Shown: positions 1 to 9,720, numbered from the stretch's first letter. The stretch is 47,490 bases of DNA from Acidobacteriota bacterium (GCA_036507075.1 DASXQR010000100.1:1-47490), one strand, 5' to 3'. The notes: generated by a model from the letters alone, not told the origin. A program made the numbers and translations.

Positions 1-137
1 AATCGCATCCGTTCTTCCATCGTCGACCTCTCTGCCCAGGGCATCCTGTGATCTCCTCAAAGACCCCATTCTGCCCTGTTCAATTGTGTCAACGATGTTG
101 TGAGGTTAAAGTGTCAACGATGTTGTGAGGTTGTACC
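1..137 (-). mobile_element. Left end of an IS481-like insertion sequence plus the first codons of its transposase (truncated by window edge)
   Basis: The minus-strand ORF from ATG at 44 reads MPWAERSTMEERMR, an IS481-type transposase N-terminus, with GAGGAG 8 nt upstream. Two identical 22-bp repeats GTGTCAACGATGTTGTGAGGTT (86-107, 111-132) end at ...GTAC and resemble the iterated transposase-binding sites of IS481 ends. Confidence 0.7.
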
Positions 138-146
138 CTGACCATG

Positions 147-197
147 GACAACGGACCACGGACAACTGACAACGGACAACTGACTACGGACCATCGA
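147..197. repeat. Degenerate heptamer tandem repeat (GACAACG/GACCACG/GACAACT)
   Basis: About 7 heptamer units are visible. Related tracts occur at ~9586-9621 (reverse), ~17835-17912 and ~47307-47342. Confidence 0.8.
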
Positions 198-2645
198 CTA
201 CTCATCGCGCAGCGCCGTCATCGGATCGACTCTGGTTGCTCTGCGCGACGGGATATAGGTGGCGAGCAGCGCCACCGCGACCAGCAGCGCGGTGATCGCA
301 GCAAATGTCGCCGGATCGGCTGCGGTGATTCCGTATAGAAAGGCGCCTATCAGGCGCATTGAGAGGAAAGACGCGATCAGCCCGAGAGCCATTCCCAGCG
401 CCAGCATCACCATTCCATCCATCATGACCAGTTTCAAAACGTGCTTTCCGACGGCGCCCAGCGCCATACGGATTCCGATCTCTCGCGTTCTGCGGCTGAC
501 CGCATAACTCAACAAGCCATAAATTCCTACCGACGCAAGCAGCAGCGCAAGCCCGCCAAAGCTGGTGAGCAGAATCGCCGCCATACGCTGCGCGTAGAGC
601 GAGTTCCTCTTCTGTTCTTCCAGCGTGCGCACAGCAAAAAGCGGGAGGTTCGGATCAAAGGACTGAACCTGCTTACGGATGGCTTCAATCATTGCGCTCG
701 GTTCGCCGGCGGTTCGCACATGCAGCGCCATACCAGCGGTGTAATGCTGCGCCAGGGGGAAGTACATCGTCGGAGGAATGGTTTCCGTCAGCCTGCGGTA
801 CTTGCTGTCGCGCGCCACTCCGATGACTTCCATAACCTGCGCCGGCCGTCCCGGGAAAGCGGAACGTGTCAGATGCTTCCCGATTGCGCTTTGACCGGGC
901 CAGTACTGTCGTTCGACTGTTTCGTTGACTATCACCACGCCAGGGCCCTCGTTGGTATCCTGAGGTCCGAAATCGCGGCCCCGCAGGATTGGAGTGCCCA
1001 TGGTCTTGAAATAAGAAGGCGCGATGATATTCAAGCTGAAATTGATCGGCGACCCTGGCCTCGATTGGTGGCCTTCGACCTGCACGGTCATCCGCATCCC
1101 GCTGTCTCCCAGGGGCACAATTCTCGCCAGGCTTGCCGCTTCAACACCCGGCAATGCCGAAACGCGTTCCAGCAGACTCGCATAAAACTGTCTTCCTTTC
1201 GCTTCCGTATAACTGTTCAGCTCCAGGTCCATCGACATGGTCAGGACTTTGGAAAGATCGAAGCCGGCGCTGATCGACTGCAGCTTGATCACACTGCGAA
1301 TGCACAATCCCGCGCTGATCAGAACGATCAGTGACAGCGCCACCTGCAGGACCAGCAACAGATTTCGCAGCGTCCAGCGCCGGTTTCCATGGCCGATAGT
1401 CACAACCCCCTGTTTTAAAGCCGGCACCAGTTCAGGGCGGGAAATCCTCAATGCAGGCGCCAGGCCAAAGACAATCCCGGTGAGGATGGAGATAGACACC
1501 GCAAATGCCAGCACGCGCAGATCCAGCGCGGCATCAAATGAGGATGCGGCCATTCCGGGCGGCCGGAAGGCCACCAGAACATCTCCCAGCCAGAACGCCA
1601 GCACCAGGCCCAGCGCTCCGCCCGCCGCCGAGATCACCACGCTTTCGGTGAGCAATTGGCGAATCACTCTCCAGCGGCCGGCGCCAATTGACAGCCGGAT
1701 GGCGATTTCTTTCGCGCGCATCCCGGCGCGGGCCAGCAGCAGATTTGCAACATTGGCGCATGCCATCAGCAGAATCAATCCCACTGTTGCCATCAAGAGC
1801 TTCACCGGCGTGGAAAGCTCGCGCACCATTGCCGTGTCGCCCTGGCTGCCGCCGGCAAGCACAAGGTTCGGGTAGGTGTTCATCGGTTCAATTCTGGCAA
1901 TTTGCGCCGCCAGGTTTCGGATGCGCTCTTCGGCCTGGCGAATGGTGATTCCCGGCTTCAGGCGCCCCATCATCAGAAGCCATGTGAACTGGCGCATGGA
2001 CAGTGGGTTGATGTGCATGGGCATCGCCTGCGCCACCATGGCCATGGGAACATAGATTTCCGGAGCATAGCCTCGGCGCGTGCCTGTGAATTCGGCCGGC
2101 GCAACTCCGATCACCGTGAAATCGTGGTCGTTCAGTGTGATCTTCGTTCCAATCACTGCACGATCCATCTCTAGCCGCCGCTGCCAGAATTCGTAACTGA
2201 TGAGAGCCACCGGACTGGCCCCGGGGATCTGGTCTTCATTCGCCCTGAATGCGCGGCCGAGCGCAGGCTTGATGCCAAGAACAGAGAAATAATTCCCGGA
2301 GACAATCATTCCCTGAATACGCTCCGACCAGCGTCCTCCCAGACTGAGCGGGATCTCCGAGTAGCAGAGGAGACCGCTGAACACATCGTTCTGATCGCGG
2401 TAGTCCTTGTAGAGCGGATAATTGAAACTGGTGTCTATGCCTTCCGGAAATCGGACTCCCACGATGACGAGCCGTTCGGGTTCGACGACGGGTAAGGTCC
2501 GCACCAGGATCCTGTCCGTGAGGCTGAAGATAGCCGTGTTGGCGCCGATGCCAAGGGCCATGGAAAGGACGGCAACCAGTGTGAAAGCAGGCTCCTTGGC
2601 GAGCATCCGAAGGCTGTAACGAAGGTCTTGCCAGAGTTTTTCCAT
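198..2645 (-). CDS. ABC transporter permease, duplicated MacB-PCD/FtsX (ADOP-type)
   Basis: 815 aa. It starts QDLRYSLRML...ALGIGANTAIFS, has two FtsX modules (ACANVANLLLAR...EIAIRLSIGA and RRTREIGIRMALGA), and ends RVDPMTALRDE. Confidence 0.92.
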   Translation of the reverse strand: MEKLWQDLRYSLRMLAKEPAFTLVAVLSMALGIGANTAIFSLTDRILVRTLPVVEPERLVIVGVRFPEGIDTSFNYPLYKDYRDQNDVFSGLLCYSEIPLSLGGRWSERIQGMIVSGNYFSVLGIKPALGRAFRANEDQIPGASPVALISYEFWQRRLEMDRAVIGTKITLNDHDFTVIGVAPAEFTGTRRGYAPEIYVPMAMVAQAMPMHINPLSMRQFTWLLMMGRLKPGITIRQAEERIRNLAAQIARIEPMNTYPNLVLAGGSQGDTAMVRELSTPVKLLMATVGLILLMACANVANLLLARAGMRAKEIAIRLSIGAGRWRVIRQLLTESVVISAAGGALGLVLAFWLGDVLVAFRPPGMAASSFDAALDLRVLAFAVSISILTGIVFGLAPALRISRPELVPALKQGVVTIGHGNRRWTLRNLLLVLQVALSLIVLISAGLCIRSVIKLQSISAGFDLSKVLTMSMDLELNSYTEAKGRQFYASLLERVSALPGVEAASLARIVPLGDSGMRMTVQVEGHQSRPGSPINFSLNIIAPSYFKTMGTPILRGRDFGPQDTNEGPGVVIVNETVERQYWPGQSAIGKHLTRSAFPGRPAQVMEVIGVARDSKYRRLTETIPPTMYFPLAQHYTAGMALHVRTAGEPSAMIEAIRKQVQSFDPNLPLFAVRTLEEQKRNSLYAQRMAAILLTSFGGLALLLASVGIYGLLSYAVSRRTREIGIRMALGAVGKHVLKLVMMDGMVMLALGMALGLIASFLSMRLIGAFLYGITAADPATFAAITALLVAVALLATYIPSRRATRVDPMTALRDE

Positions 2646-2691
2646 TGTTTTGAATCTTCAGTTGTGCCGGAACGGTTCACTACTTCATCGC

Positions 2692-2880
2692 AGAACCACA
2701 GCCCTGCAGAATGCCGCAATCAAGAGCCGTCCACGAGCACGTGCACGTCAACGACCACGTCTGACGTCGACGATCACGCCAACATACAGATAACCTTCAA
2801 TTCTCCGTAGTTTGTGACCCACCGAGTGAAATCGTAAACGTAATTGTGGACGTTGACGTGCACGTGCTCGTAGACGGCTT
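2692..2880. repeat. ~190-bp palindromic dispersed element, family A, copy 1
   Basis: A ~29-bp inverted repeat AGCCGTCCACGAGCACGTGCACGTCAACG (from 2725) pairs with its near-perfect complement ending 2879. The whole unit, spacer included, aligns by eye with 9721-9920 in reverse orientation. Confidence 0.85.
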
Positions 2881-2977
2881 TGAAAACTTTGCTACAGACA
2901 ACGGACAAGCTTTACTCATACCTCAATGCGACAATCGGATCGACTTCCCGTCAACCCGAAACGCGGGCACAGCCCGC

Positions 2978-3694
2978 CTAGACAAGCGCGGTTTCAGCGT
3001 TGGCGACGCTTTCGTCGACCACACGTCCGTCGAAAAGATGAACGGAACGCTGTGCATCGCGGGCAAAGCGCGGATCGTGCGTAACCATGCAAATCGTGGC
3101 TCCTTCACTGTGCAGTTCGCGCAACAGGCTCATGACCGCCTCGCCGTTCTTCGAATCCAGGTTTCCCGTGGGCTCGTCTGCCAGCAGAATCAAGGGCTTT
3201 CCTACCAGAGCTCTGGCCACTGCCACGCGCTGCTGCTGGCCGCCGGAAAGCTGGCTGGGAAGATGCTTGGCGCGGTGCGCCATGCCCACCTTTTCCAGCG
3301 CTTCCTGAACCCGCGCCTTTCGTTCCGAGCTCTTCATTCCGCGATAAGTAAGAGGAAGTTCCACATTTTCAAACACGGTCAGATCCCCGATGAGGTTAAA
3401 ACTCTGGAAGATAAAACCGATTTCACGGTTTCGAATGCGAGCCCGCTCCGCCAGTTTCAGATTTTCAACCGGCTTTCCATTGAGGGTATATTTCCCTTCC
3501 GTCGGCGAATCGAGCAAACCGAGGAGAGATAGGAGCGTGGACTTTCCGCATCCTGAAGGGCCGGCAATGGAAACGTACTCCCCGTTGGCAATTTCAAGGT
3601 GAATGCCGGAGAGCGCGTGTGTTTCGACCTCGTCGGTGTAAAAAACTTTGGTAACGCCGTCCAGCTTGATCAGCGGCGGTGCGGATGTGTTCAT
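2978..3694 (-). CDS. ABC transporter ATP-binding protein (LolD/MacB-type)
   Basis: Walker A GPSGCGKS, signature LSGGQQQRVAVARAL, Walker B LILLADEPTGNLD, H-loop VTHD. Confidence 0.95.
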   Translation of the reverse strand: MNTSAPPLIKLDGVTKVFYTDEVETHALSGIHLEIANGEYVSIAGPSGCGKSTLLSLLGLLDSPTEGKYTLNGKPVENLKLAERARIRNREIGFIFQSFNLIGDLTVFENVELPLTYRGMKSSERKARVQEALEKVGMAHRAKHLPSQLSGGQQQRVAVARALVGKPLILLADEPTGNLDSKNGEAVMSLLRELHSEGATICMVTHDPRFARDAQRSVHLFDGRVVDESVANAETALV

Positions 3695-3787
3695 CTCATC
3701 TCCTTAGTGTGTCGCGCTTTCGCGGTTCCGGCTTCTTGCAGCGAGGATGCGCTTGTTTACCCGGATTATTCACAAACCGCAAGAACT

Positions 3788-3929
3788 AGCCGCCGATTTG
3801 CGCGGACAACGCTGATGGTATCGGGGTCGAGGGATGGGCGTCGACGTCCAGCAAAACTGACAAACTGTAGCTATGGAGCCCATCCCTCGACCCCGATACT
3901 AATCCGTGTTTTCCGTGTAGATCAGCGGC
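3788..3929. repeat. Nested palindromic element, family B, copy 1
   Basis: The inner 82-bp unit (3818-3899) has a 22-bp perfect inverted repeat GTATCGGGGTCGAGGGATGGGC. It sits inside an outer GCCGCCGATTT...ATCAGCGGC imperfect inverted repeat. A second copy is at 7656-7800. Confidence 0.88.
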
Positions 3930-3989
3930 CAATTCTTTCAGTTTGCGAATAATCCGGGCTTACGCGCGCGGCTCCGCTCCTGGCAAAGG

Positions 3990-5237
3990 TTACTTCAACC
4001 TCACCCGATCGTACCCGTCCCAGGCTGCCATATCGGAAAGAATCACTTGATCGCCTTGCTTCAGGCCTCCAAGGATCTCGATTGTGTTGACCGAGCTTCG
4101 ACCGAGTTTCACCTGAACCCTGGAGGCGAACTTTCCTCCTTCTTCGATCTTGAAAAGCGTGACGTTGCTCTTCTCCTGACCGAATCCCGGCCTGCCGACG
4201 TAGAGAATATTTTCCAGCCGCTCCAACTCGATCGTCCCATCAACATTTAGATCGGGGCGCGCGCCTGACGGGAGAGGGCCGTCAAGCGCAACATCGACTG
4301 CAACCGTGCCATTTTGAGACGCGGGATCGATGCGGCTGACAAGCCCCATAACCACCCCGTTGCGGGTGTCAATTTCCGTTTTTTGCCCCACTCGGATGTC
4401 CTTGGCTTGCGTTTCCGCAATTCTCAGTTGTGCCTTGAGCCTGGTTGGGTCGGAAACGCGCGCCAGATTTGTTCCCGGGGCGACCTGCTGTCCCAACTGA
4501 ATGGGCATTTCCTGCAGCACGCCGCTCATTCCGGCGCGGACGTGAAGGGCTTCCGCCTGGCTCTTTTTTAGCTGATGAAGCGCCCGAGACTGGTCCACTC
4601 GGGTGCGCTGCGCAGCCAGTTGAGCTCTAATCGACTCGGCCGCGATCGAAAGTCGCTTCTGCTCAATGCTGTTCCGGTTTGCCAGTTCGTCAGCGGTCAC
4701 CTTGGAAAGCTTTCGAGTCAGATCGGCAATTAATCCTTCCTTCACAAGCTGCTCGTCGGTATCCGCCTTCATCTTGGCCTGGTTGTAATCGGACTGCACG
4801 CGCGCGGCCGCGGCTGCCTGATCGAGACGCTGGCTTTCAAGCTGCACCGCCAGGGTGGTGTAGTCGGCCTCGGTGGCTTTAACCTGCATTTCTGCATCCA
4901 GAACGTCGCGCTGCAGCACGGGATTGCTCAGTTCCAGCAGGATTGTCGACGGAGTAACTATAGCCCCCGGTTTAGCCAGAATTCTCTCAACACGGCCTTC
5001 CGTGCTGGCCGGTATCCAACGAATGTCTTCAGGCACCAGCGTCCCAAGACCGTGAACCTGGCGCAGCATGGAACCACGCTTGACCGTGTCGGGCCATACA
5101 GCTTCCACAAGCGGCGCGGCTGGTTTGAGGCGGTTGACGGCAACAGTAATAGCGGTGAGGAGTCCAGCCACCAGGATGAAGTAGACAATCCGGCGGATTA
5201 ATTTCTTTCTAGCTACTGATTTTCGAGGTATATCCAT
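3990..5237 (-). CDS. Efflux membrane-fusion (HlyD/MacA-type periplasmic adaptor) protein
   Basis: N-terminal TM segment, lipoyl-like half motifs (GRVERILAKPGAIV; GVLQEMPIQLGQQV), a long coiled coil and a C-terminal VKLGRSSVNTIEILGGLKQGDQVI. It is the first gene of the ABC operon. Confidence 0.9.
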   Translation of the reverse strand: MDIPRKSVARKKLIRRIVYFILVAGLLTAITVAVNRLKPAAPLVEAVWPDTVKRGSMLRQVHGLGTLVPEDIRWIPASTEGRVERILAKPGAIVTPSTILLELSNPVLQRDVLDAEMQVKATEADYTTLAVQLESQRLDQAAAAARVQSDYNQAKMKADTDEQLVKEGLIADLTRKLSKVTADELANRNSIEQKRLSIAAESIRAQLAAQRTRVDQSRALHQLKKSQAEALHVRAGMSGVLQEMPIQLGQQVAPGTNLARVSDPTRLKAQLRIAETQAKDIRVGQKTEIDTRNGVVMGLVSRIDPASQNGTVAVDVALDGPLPSGARPDLNVDGTIELERLENILYVGRPGFGQEKSNVTLFKIEEGGKFASRVQVKLGRSSVNTIEILGGLKQGDQVILSDMAAWDGYDRVRLK

Positions 5238-5269
5238 AGGTAAAAGCGCTACTCGCTTCCTTCTTACTA

Positions 5270-5286
5270 CGCAACGGCTATGCCAG
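5270..5286 (-). promoter_or_regulatory. Sigma54 (-24/-12) promoter for the HlyD-ABC-permease operon
   Basis: Minus strand CTGGCATAGCCGTTGCG has GG-N10-GC spacing and matches the TGGCAY-N5-TTGC consensus. It lies ~33 nt upstream of the ATG at 5237. Confidence 0.75.
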
Positions 5287-5419
5287 ACTCCCTTGGTCCA
5301 CTAACATATTGAGCAGAGAAAGTTTAACGTACTTGAGCCTGCCACCTGGCAGGTTAGTCCGTCCCATTTTTGGGAATAACTTCGACCGAAATCGAACAGG
5401 AAAAATTCACCACAGGCGC

Positions 5420-5670
5420 ATGGAGGAATGGAGGGATGGAGGAATGGAGGAATGGAGGAATGGAGGAATGGAGGAATGGAGGGATGGAGGGATGGAGGGA
5501 TGGAGGGATTGAGAGATTGAGAGGAGATGGAGGGAGAAGAGATTGAGGAAAAAGGAGGGGGCTTGCGGAGAGAAGACACCCATCCCTCCGTCCCTCCATC
5601 CCTCTATCCCTCCATCCCTCCGTCCCTCCGTCCCTCCATCACTCCATCCCTCAGTCCCTCAGCCCCTCCA
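5420..5670. repeat. Octamer tandem repeat foldback (ATGGAGGG/ATGGAGGA tract, then complementary ATCCCTCC tract)
   Basis: A purine-rich tract at 5420-5550 is followed by its pyrimidine-rich reverse complement at 5580-5670. Confidence 0.9.
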
Positions 5671-5737
5671 GCCACCGCGGCATTTTGAAACAATTTCCGG
5701 CCTTTCACATCCAATAAATGCAGATGGAATCGGTCGC

Positions 5738-7651
5738 ATGAAACCTAAAACCTGTATTTTCGCCCTCGGCCTTTTTTGCCTTTTGATCTTCGGGGGCCTT
5801 TCCCCTACCACGGCTCAAAACGCCCCCAGCCAGAATGACCTTCTGGAGAAAACAATCGACGCCGCCAATATTCAGAGCGTTGAGGTCAGGACGGACCTCG
5901 GCCAGATACGGATTCGAGGATGGGAGAACCGGTCGATTGCCGTACGGGCAAAGAAGCTTCCGGGTACTGAGCTTTCGATCAATCAGCTTGGCACAGAACT
6001 GCAATTGCGGCCAACCGGCCAGCGTCAGGGTGTCGAATACATGGACCTTTACCTGCCGGCTAACCTGTCGGTTAAGGTCATCACACTGGCAGCCGATATC
6101 GTGCTGCAGCAGATCAACGGTCCTATTTATGCCGACACGGTTTCCGGCAAGATTCACCTGTTTGAAAACAAAGGAAAGATTCAGGCAGTTAACAACTTCG
6201 GAGAGATTCGAATTCTCACAACACCCGACTTTGCCGCCCAGGCGGAACTGAAGAGCAAGTCAGGCGACATTCACATCACCCTTGGAAACGAAAGCGCCCG
6301 GGTTCATGCGGTAACCCAGGGGGCCATTTACTACAATGGCGCGCAGCGCGCCGCTGCAGGCAAGAAAGAGTCAGTCGTAGATGTAGGCGGCGGCGCAACC
6401 GCCTCGCTGCAGGCATCCAGCAATACCGGCAAGATTGTGATCCAGGCATCGCGGCCCGCAGGCCAGAGTACGGTTGCCCGAAACAACGAACGGCGGCCCG
6501 CAGAGCCGGTTGCCGACCCACGAACCCAGGCTTCATCGCGCCCGGCTGAGCCCTATCCGCAGCAAGCAGCGGACAACTCGGGTGACCGGAATTATCCAAG
6601 CGGCAGTCAAAGCGCCGAAGGAACCTCAGGTGATAAGAAAAACTACAAGGTCCTCGGCTCGACTGTGGATTCCGGATATGCGATTCGGACCAACGTCGAC
6701 TACATCAACCTGAACGTTAGTGTGCGCGATCGTTCCAACCGGAGCATCCCCATGCTTCGCAAGGAGGATTTTCTGGTCTACGAAGACGGCCAGCCGCAGC
6801 AGGTGGACAAGCTGCTGGCAGCAGACGTGCCGTTTAGCCTGTTGTTGCTGATGGACGTCAGCGGCAGTACTTCCGGATTCGAAGATCTGATGAAGGAAGC
6901 AGCGATTAACTTCCTGCGGCAGTTAAAACCGCAAGATGAGGTCGCGGTGGCGACGTTCAGCTCGGATGTGCAAATGCTTTCGGATTTCTCAAATCGACGC
7001 TATGACGCTGAACGCGCGATTCAAAGCATCCGCTCACATGGCGGGACTGCGTTCTACGATGCTCTGGATGCATCCATCCACGATTACATGACACACGTCA
7101 AAGGTCGCAAGGCGATTGTCGTGTTTACCGATGGTGTGGACAATCAGATGGAAGGCCGCGGCTCCGGATCGACCACGACATTCAACGAACTGATCAGAGG
7201 CATTCAGGAGATCGACACCATTATTTATCCCATCTTTCTCGACACGGAAGGAAATTCATCCTTTTCATCGGGCGGCGGGTTGGGCCGGGTTCTTGCAGAT
7301 ATTCTAAGCGGCGGGGGAACGGGACGCAGCGTGCGCATAGGCGGAGGTGGAAAACGCGAATATTACGAGCGCGCCCATCAGGAATTGGCCGCCATCGCCG
7401 AGCAAACGGGCGGCCGGTTGTACGCCCCTCACAAACCCGAGGACCTCAATGGAGTCTATCGCCAGATTGCAGACGACCTTCGGATCCAGTACACGCTGAG
7501 TTATCTGTCGAGCAATCCGGTAAAGGACGGAAGATGGAGACGAATCCAGGTCCGCATCCAGGGCCACCCTGAATACGCCGCCAGAACCCGCCTCGGATAT
7601 TACGCCGTGGATGAGACCCGACGCCGGGCCGACAGCCGCGGCCGGCCGTAG
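5738..7651 (+). CDS. Secreted protein: N-terminal beta-repeat (DUF4097/adhesin-like) domain, low-complexity linker and C-terminal VWA domain
   Basis: The start was moved to ATG 5738 (MKPKTCIFALGLFCLLIF signal peptide) because the upstream extension is octamer repeat. MIDAS motif DVSGS, GGTAFYDA, FTDGVD, and C-terminal DLRIQYTLSY...DGRWRRIQVR...RTRLGYY typical of Acidobacterial VWA proteins. Confidence 0.85.
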   Translation: MKPKTCIFALGLFCLLIFGGLSPTTAQNAPSQNDLLEKTIDAANIQSVEVRTDLGQIRIRGWENRSIAVRAKKLPGTELSINQLGTELQLRPTGQRQGVEYMDLYLPANLSVKVITLAADIVLQQINGPIYADTVSGKIHLFENKGKIQAVNNFGEIRILTTPDFAAQAELKSKSGDIHITLGNESARVHAVTQGAIYYNGAQRAAAGKKESVVDVGGGATASLQASSNTGKIVIQASRPAGQSTVARNNERRPAEPVADPRTQASSRPAEPYPQQAADNSGDRNYPSGSQSAEGTSGDKKNYKVLGSTVDSGYAIRTNVDYINLNVSVRDRSNRSIPMLRKEDFLVYEDGQPQQVDKLLAADVPFSLLLLMDVSGSTSGFEDLMKEAAINFLRQLKPQDEVAVATFSSDVQMLSDFSNRRYDAERAIQSIRSHGGTAFYDALDASIHDYMTHVKGRKAIVVFTDGVDNQMEGRGSGSTTTFNELIRGIQEIDTIIYPIFLDTEGNSSFSSGGGLGRVLADILSGGGTGRSVRIGGGGKREYYERAHQELAAIAEQTGGRLYAPHKPEDLNGVYRQIADDLRIQYTLSYLSSNPVKDGRWRRIQVRIQGHPEYAARTRLGYYAVDETRRRADSRGRP

Positions 7652-7655
7652 AATC

Positions 7656-7800
7656 AGCCGCCGATTTACACGAATTAACACTGATCAATATCGGGGTCGA
7701 GGGATGGGCGTCTACATCCAGCGCAACTGACACACAGTCTTCACGGAGCCCATCCCTCGACCCCGATATCAATCAGCGTAGTTCGCGTAAATCGGCGGCT
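7656..7800. repeat. Nested palindromic element, family B, copy 2
   Basis: The inner 82-bp unit (7688-7769) has an ATATCGGGGTCGAGGGATGGGC inverted repeat. The outer repeat is AGCCGCCGATTTAC...GTAAATCGGCGGCT. Confidence 0.88.
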
Positions 7801-9506
7801 AATTCTTGGGTTGCCGCGGCGGTGGCCCGACTCTCTAGACGCGCGTACTTTCCGGCCAGCGTGACGTAAACATCAAGCGCGCTGAAAGGCTGCTCAAAGC
7901 GCAGAAAGAACATTTTGCCTATCTGCGCGCGGGACGTCTTGCCTTTCAGATAAAGCTGGTAGAGCCTCTCACCCAGCGAGTATCCCAATTCGTGCACCAG
8001 CATGGAGTAAACATGTCCGCTGGCGTTGATTCCCTTCAGGATCACAGGAGGAATCTCCCGCATCTTTCGATAACGGAGCTCCAGCTCCGTGTGACTCTCC
8101 AGGAACTGCCGGATCAATCGGTACTGCGCGCGATGCAATCCGAACTGCTGCCGCAGATTGCGCGGCTCAGGGTTTCGGAAAATGGAGTGCTGCAGGTGGT
8201 CCCGTGTCGGGTCAATCAGCTTGGAGCCGAAGTATCCCAGGCACTCTTCCATTACCTGCACGTAAAAGAGGTCCGAACGGCTGCGGACGGTTCTGCGGAA
8301 ATATCCATGGCGCTCTCCTTTGCAGGCGAAGTTGACAAAGTGAGCCGCTTCTTCGGCGGCATGCACCGGGTCAAACGCCCCCAGGAAAATCGCATTGGCC
8401 CGCGCCACATAACAACTGCCTCGTATCTTGACGTGTGCTATGACCGCCTCGATTTCATCCGGTCTCAAGCCCGAGCCTGATAAGATGCGCGGGAAGTCTT
8501 CGGCCTCGTCCTGCGAATAGATTTCCGGATACGCATCCACAAAAAGTTCAGCGCCGCCGCCCTCGCGCTCCAGAGAGTGCTGGAATTTGTCGACCCGGAT
8601 GAATTTGGCAACCACATCGATCAGATTGTAAACGGAAGTAGTGAGACAAATCTCATCCTCGCCCTCCGCTCCCATTTCACCTTTCCAGCGCTCCAGAGCC
8701 CGATAGTAGGATTCGTATTTCAAGAAAGGATTGCTGTTGAAGACACAGTAAACACCCGGTCTAATTCGCACCTGCTCGGAATCTTCGATTCCTTCGCGGC
8801 TCAGTTGCCAGTAGATCTTGTCGATATTTTGAAGGATCGTCAGTGAAGTGACCTTACCGGACTCACTGCCGAGCATGCTGTTTACTTTTTCCGGAAGGTG
8901 ACTGCTCGCCAGGTGTGCTTCGCCGAAAATGACCACTACCTTTGATTTAGGCCACCTGTGCAGCATGTCGACAATCTTGCGTGCCGCGGCTGCGTCGCGG
9001 CGCGCAATCATGCGCAAATCATTGCGCGGCGGCGAATCGACCCCGCAAATTGGAATATGCAGCCGTCGACAAACGTCGATGATGGGACTGTAGCACTTCC
9101 AGTCGTAGCCCCATTCAAGGCTGAAGCGAATTCTTCTGAGAAACGCCTGCTCGGAGATCTGACCACTGACGTACTGGTCCAGCGCCGCCTGATTCCGCGT
9201 ATAGAAAACTTCGGTGCCGAGAACCACGGGAAACTGTTTGGCCGTGCGTTCGAGCAGCTCGGCTGCATAGTGTTGAGACTGCGGCAGCGCGTGATAATCA
9301 CCCACATAAATCAACCGGGCGCTATCGATTTGAGAATCCAATTCATCCCTGGAAACAATGGACTCGTGCCTTGAAAATTCCCTGGTGAACTCACGAACGT
9401 AGCGGGAGCGGCTGTTTTTGTCGTCTCCGAAAATCTGCCGCTGAAGGGCCGCAATTTCCCTCTGCAGGAACCGCGTCTTCTCGAGGAGATTGCCGTTGGG
9501 TTCCAA
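7773..9506 (-). CDS. ChaN/Tiki-superfamily domain protein with long C-terminal extension
   Basis: N-terminal LIYVGDYH...VVLGTEVF...LDQYVSGQISEQAFL...WGYDWKCYSPI and VVVIFGEAHL resemble ChaN. The start is assigned to TTG 9506 (GAGGG upstream); the longer ORF runs into repeats. Confidence 0.65.
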   Translation of the reverse strand: MEPNGNLLEKTRFLQREIAALQRQIFGDDKNSRSRYVREFTREFSRHESIVSRDELDSQIDSARLIYVGDYHALPQSQHYAAELLERTAKQFPVVLGTEVFYTRNQAALDQYVSGQISEQAFLRRIRFSLEWGYDWKCYSPIIDVCRRLHIPICGVDSPPRNDLRMIARRDAAAARKIVDMLHRWPKSKVVVIFGEAHLASSHLPEKVNSMLGSESGKVTSLTILQNIDKIYWQLSREGIEDSEQVRIRPGVYCVFNSNPFLKYESYYRALERWKGEMGAEGEDEICLTTSVYNLIDVVAKFIRVDKFQHSLEREGGGAELFVDAYPEIYSQDEAEDFPRILSGSGLRPDEIEAVIAHVKIRGSCYVARANAIFLGAFDPVHAAEEAAHFVNFACKGERHGYFRRTVRSRSDLFYVQVMEECLGYFGSKLIDPTRDHLQHSIFRNPEPRNLRQQFGLHRAQYRLIRQFLESHTELELRYRKMREIPPVILKGINASGHVYSMLVHELGYSLGERLYQLYLKGKTSRAQIGKMFFLRFEQPFSALDVYVTLAGKYARLESRATAAATQELAADLRELR

Positions 9507-9720
9507 AGCCCTCTTTTTCACAACTTTAAGTTTAGCGTAGAAACTTTCAAATGCGGATTTTGGAATGCGAATTGCGGAATAAAACCGTCCGTGGTCGGTG
9601 GTCCGTTGTCCGTGGTCGGTGATTTTATCGTGCAATCGTGCGGAATTGCGCACTTCGTAGCGGAGTCATAGAGGAGCCTTCACCATAAGAGCAAAGCCCG
9701 GCTGTAGGCCGCAACCATAG

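Noticed and set aside
86..132. CRISPR array from the 22-bp direct repeats
   Set aside because: Only two units with a 3-nt gap and no cas genes; they fit IS-end binding sites better.
5301..5737. Small ORFs with PSIP/EEWR repeats and the N-terminal extension of the VWA ORF
   Set aside because: These are translations of the octamer DNA repeat, open in several frames on both strands.
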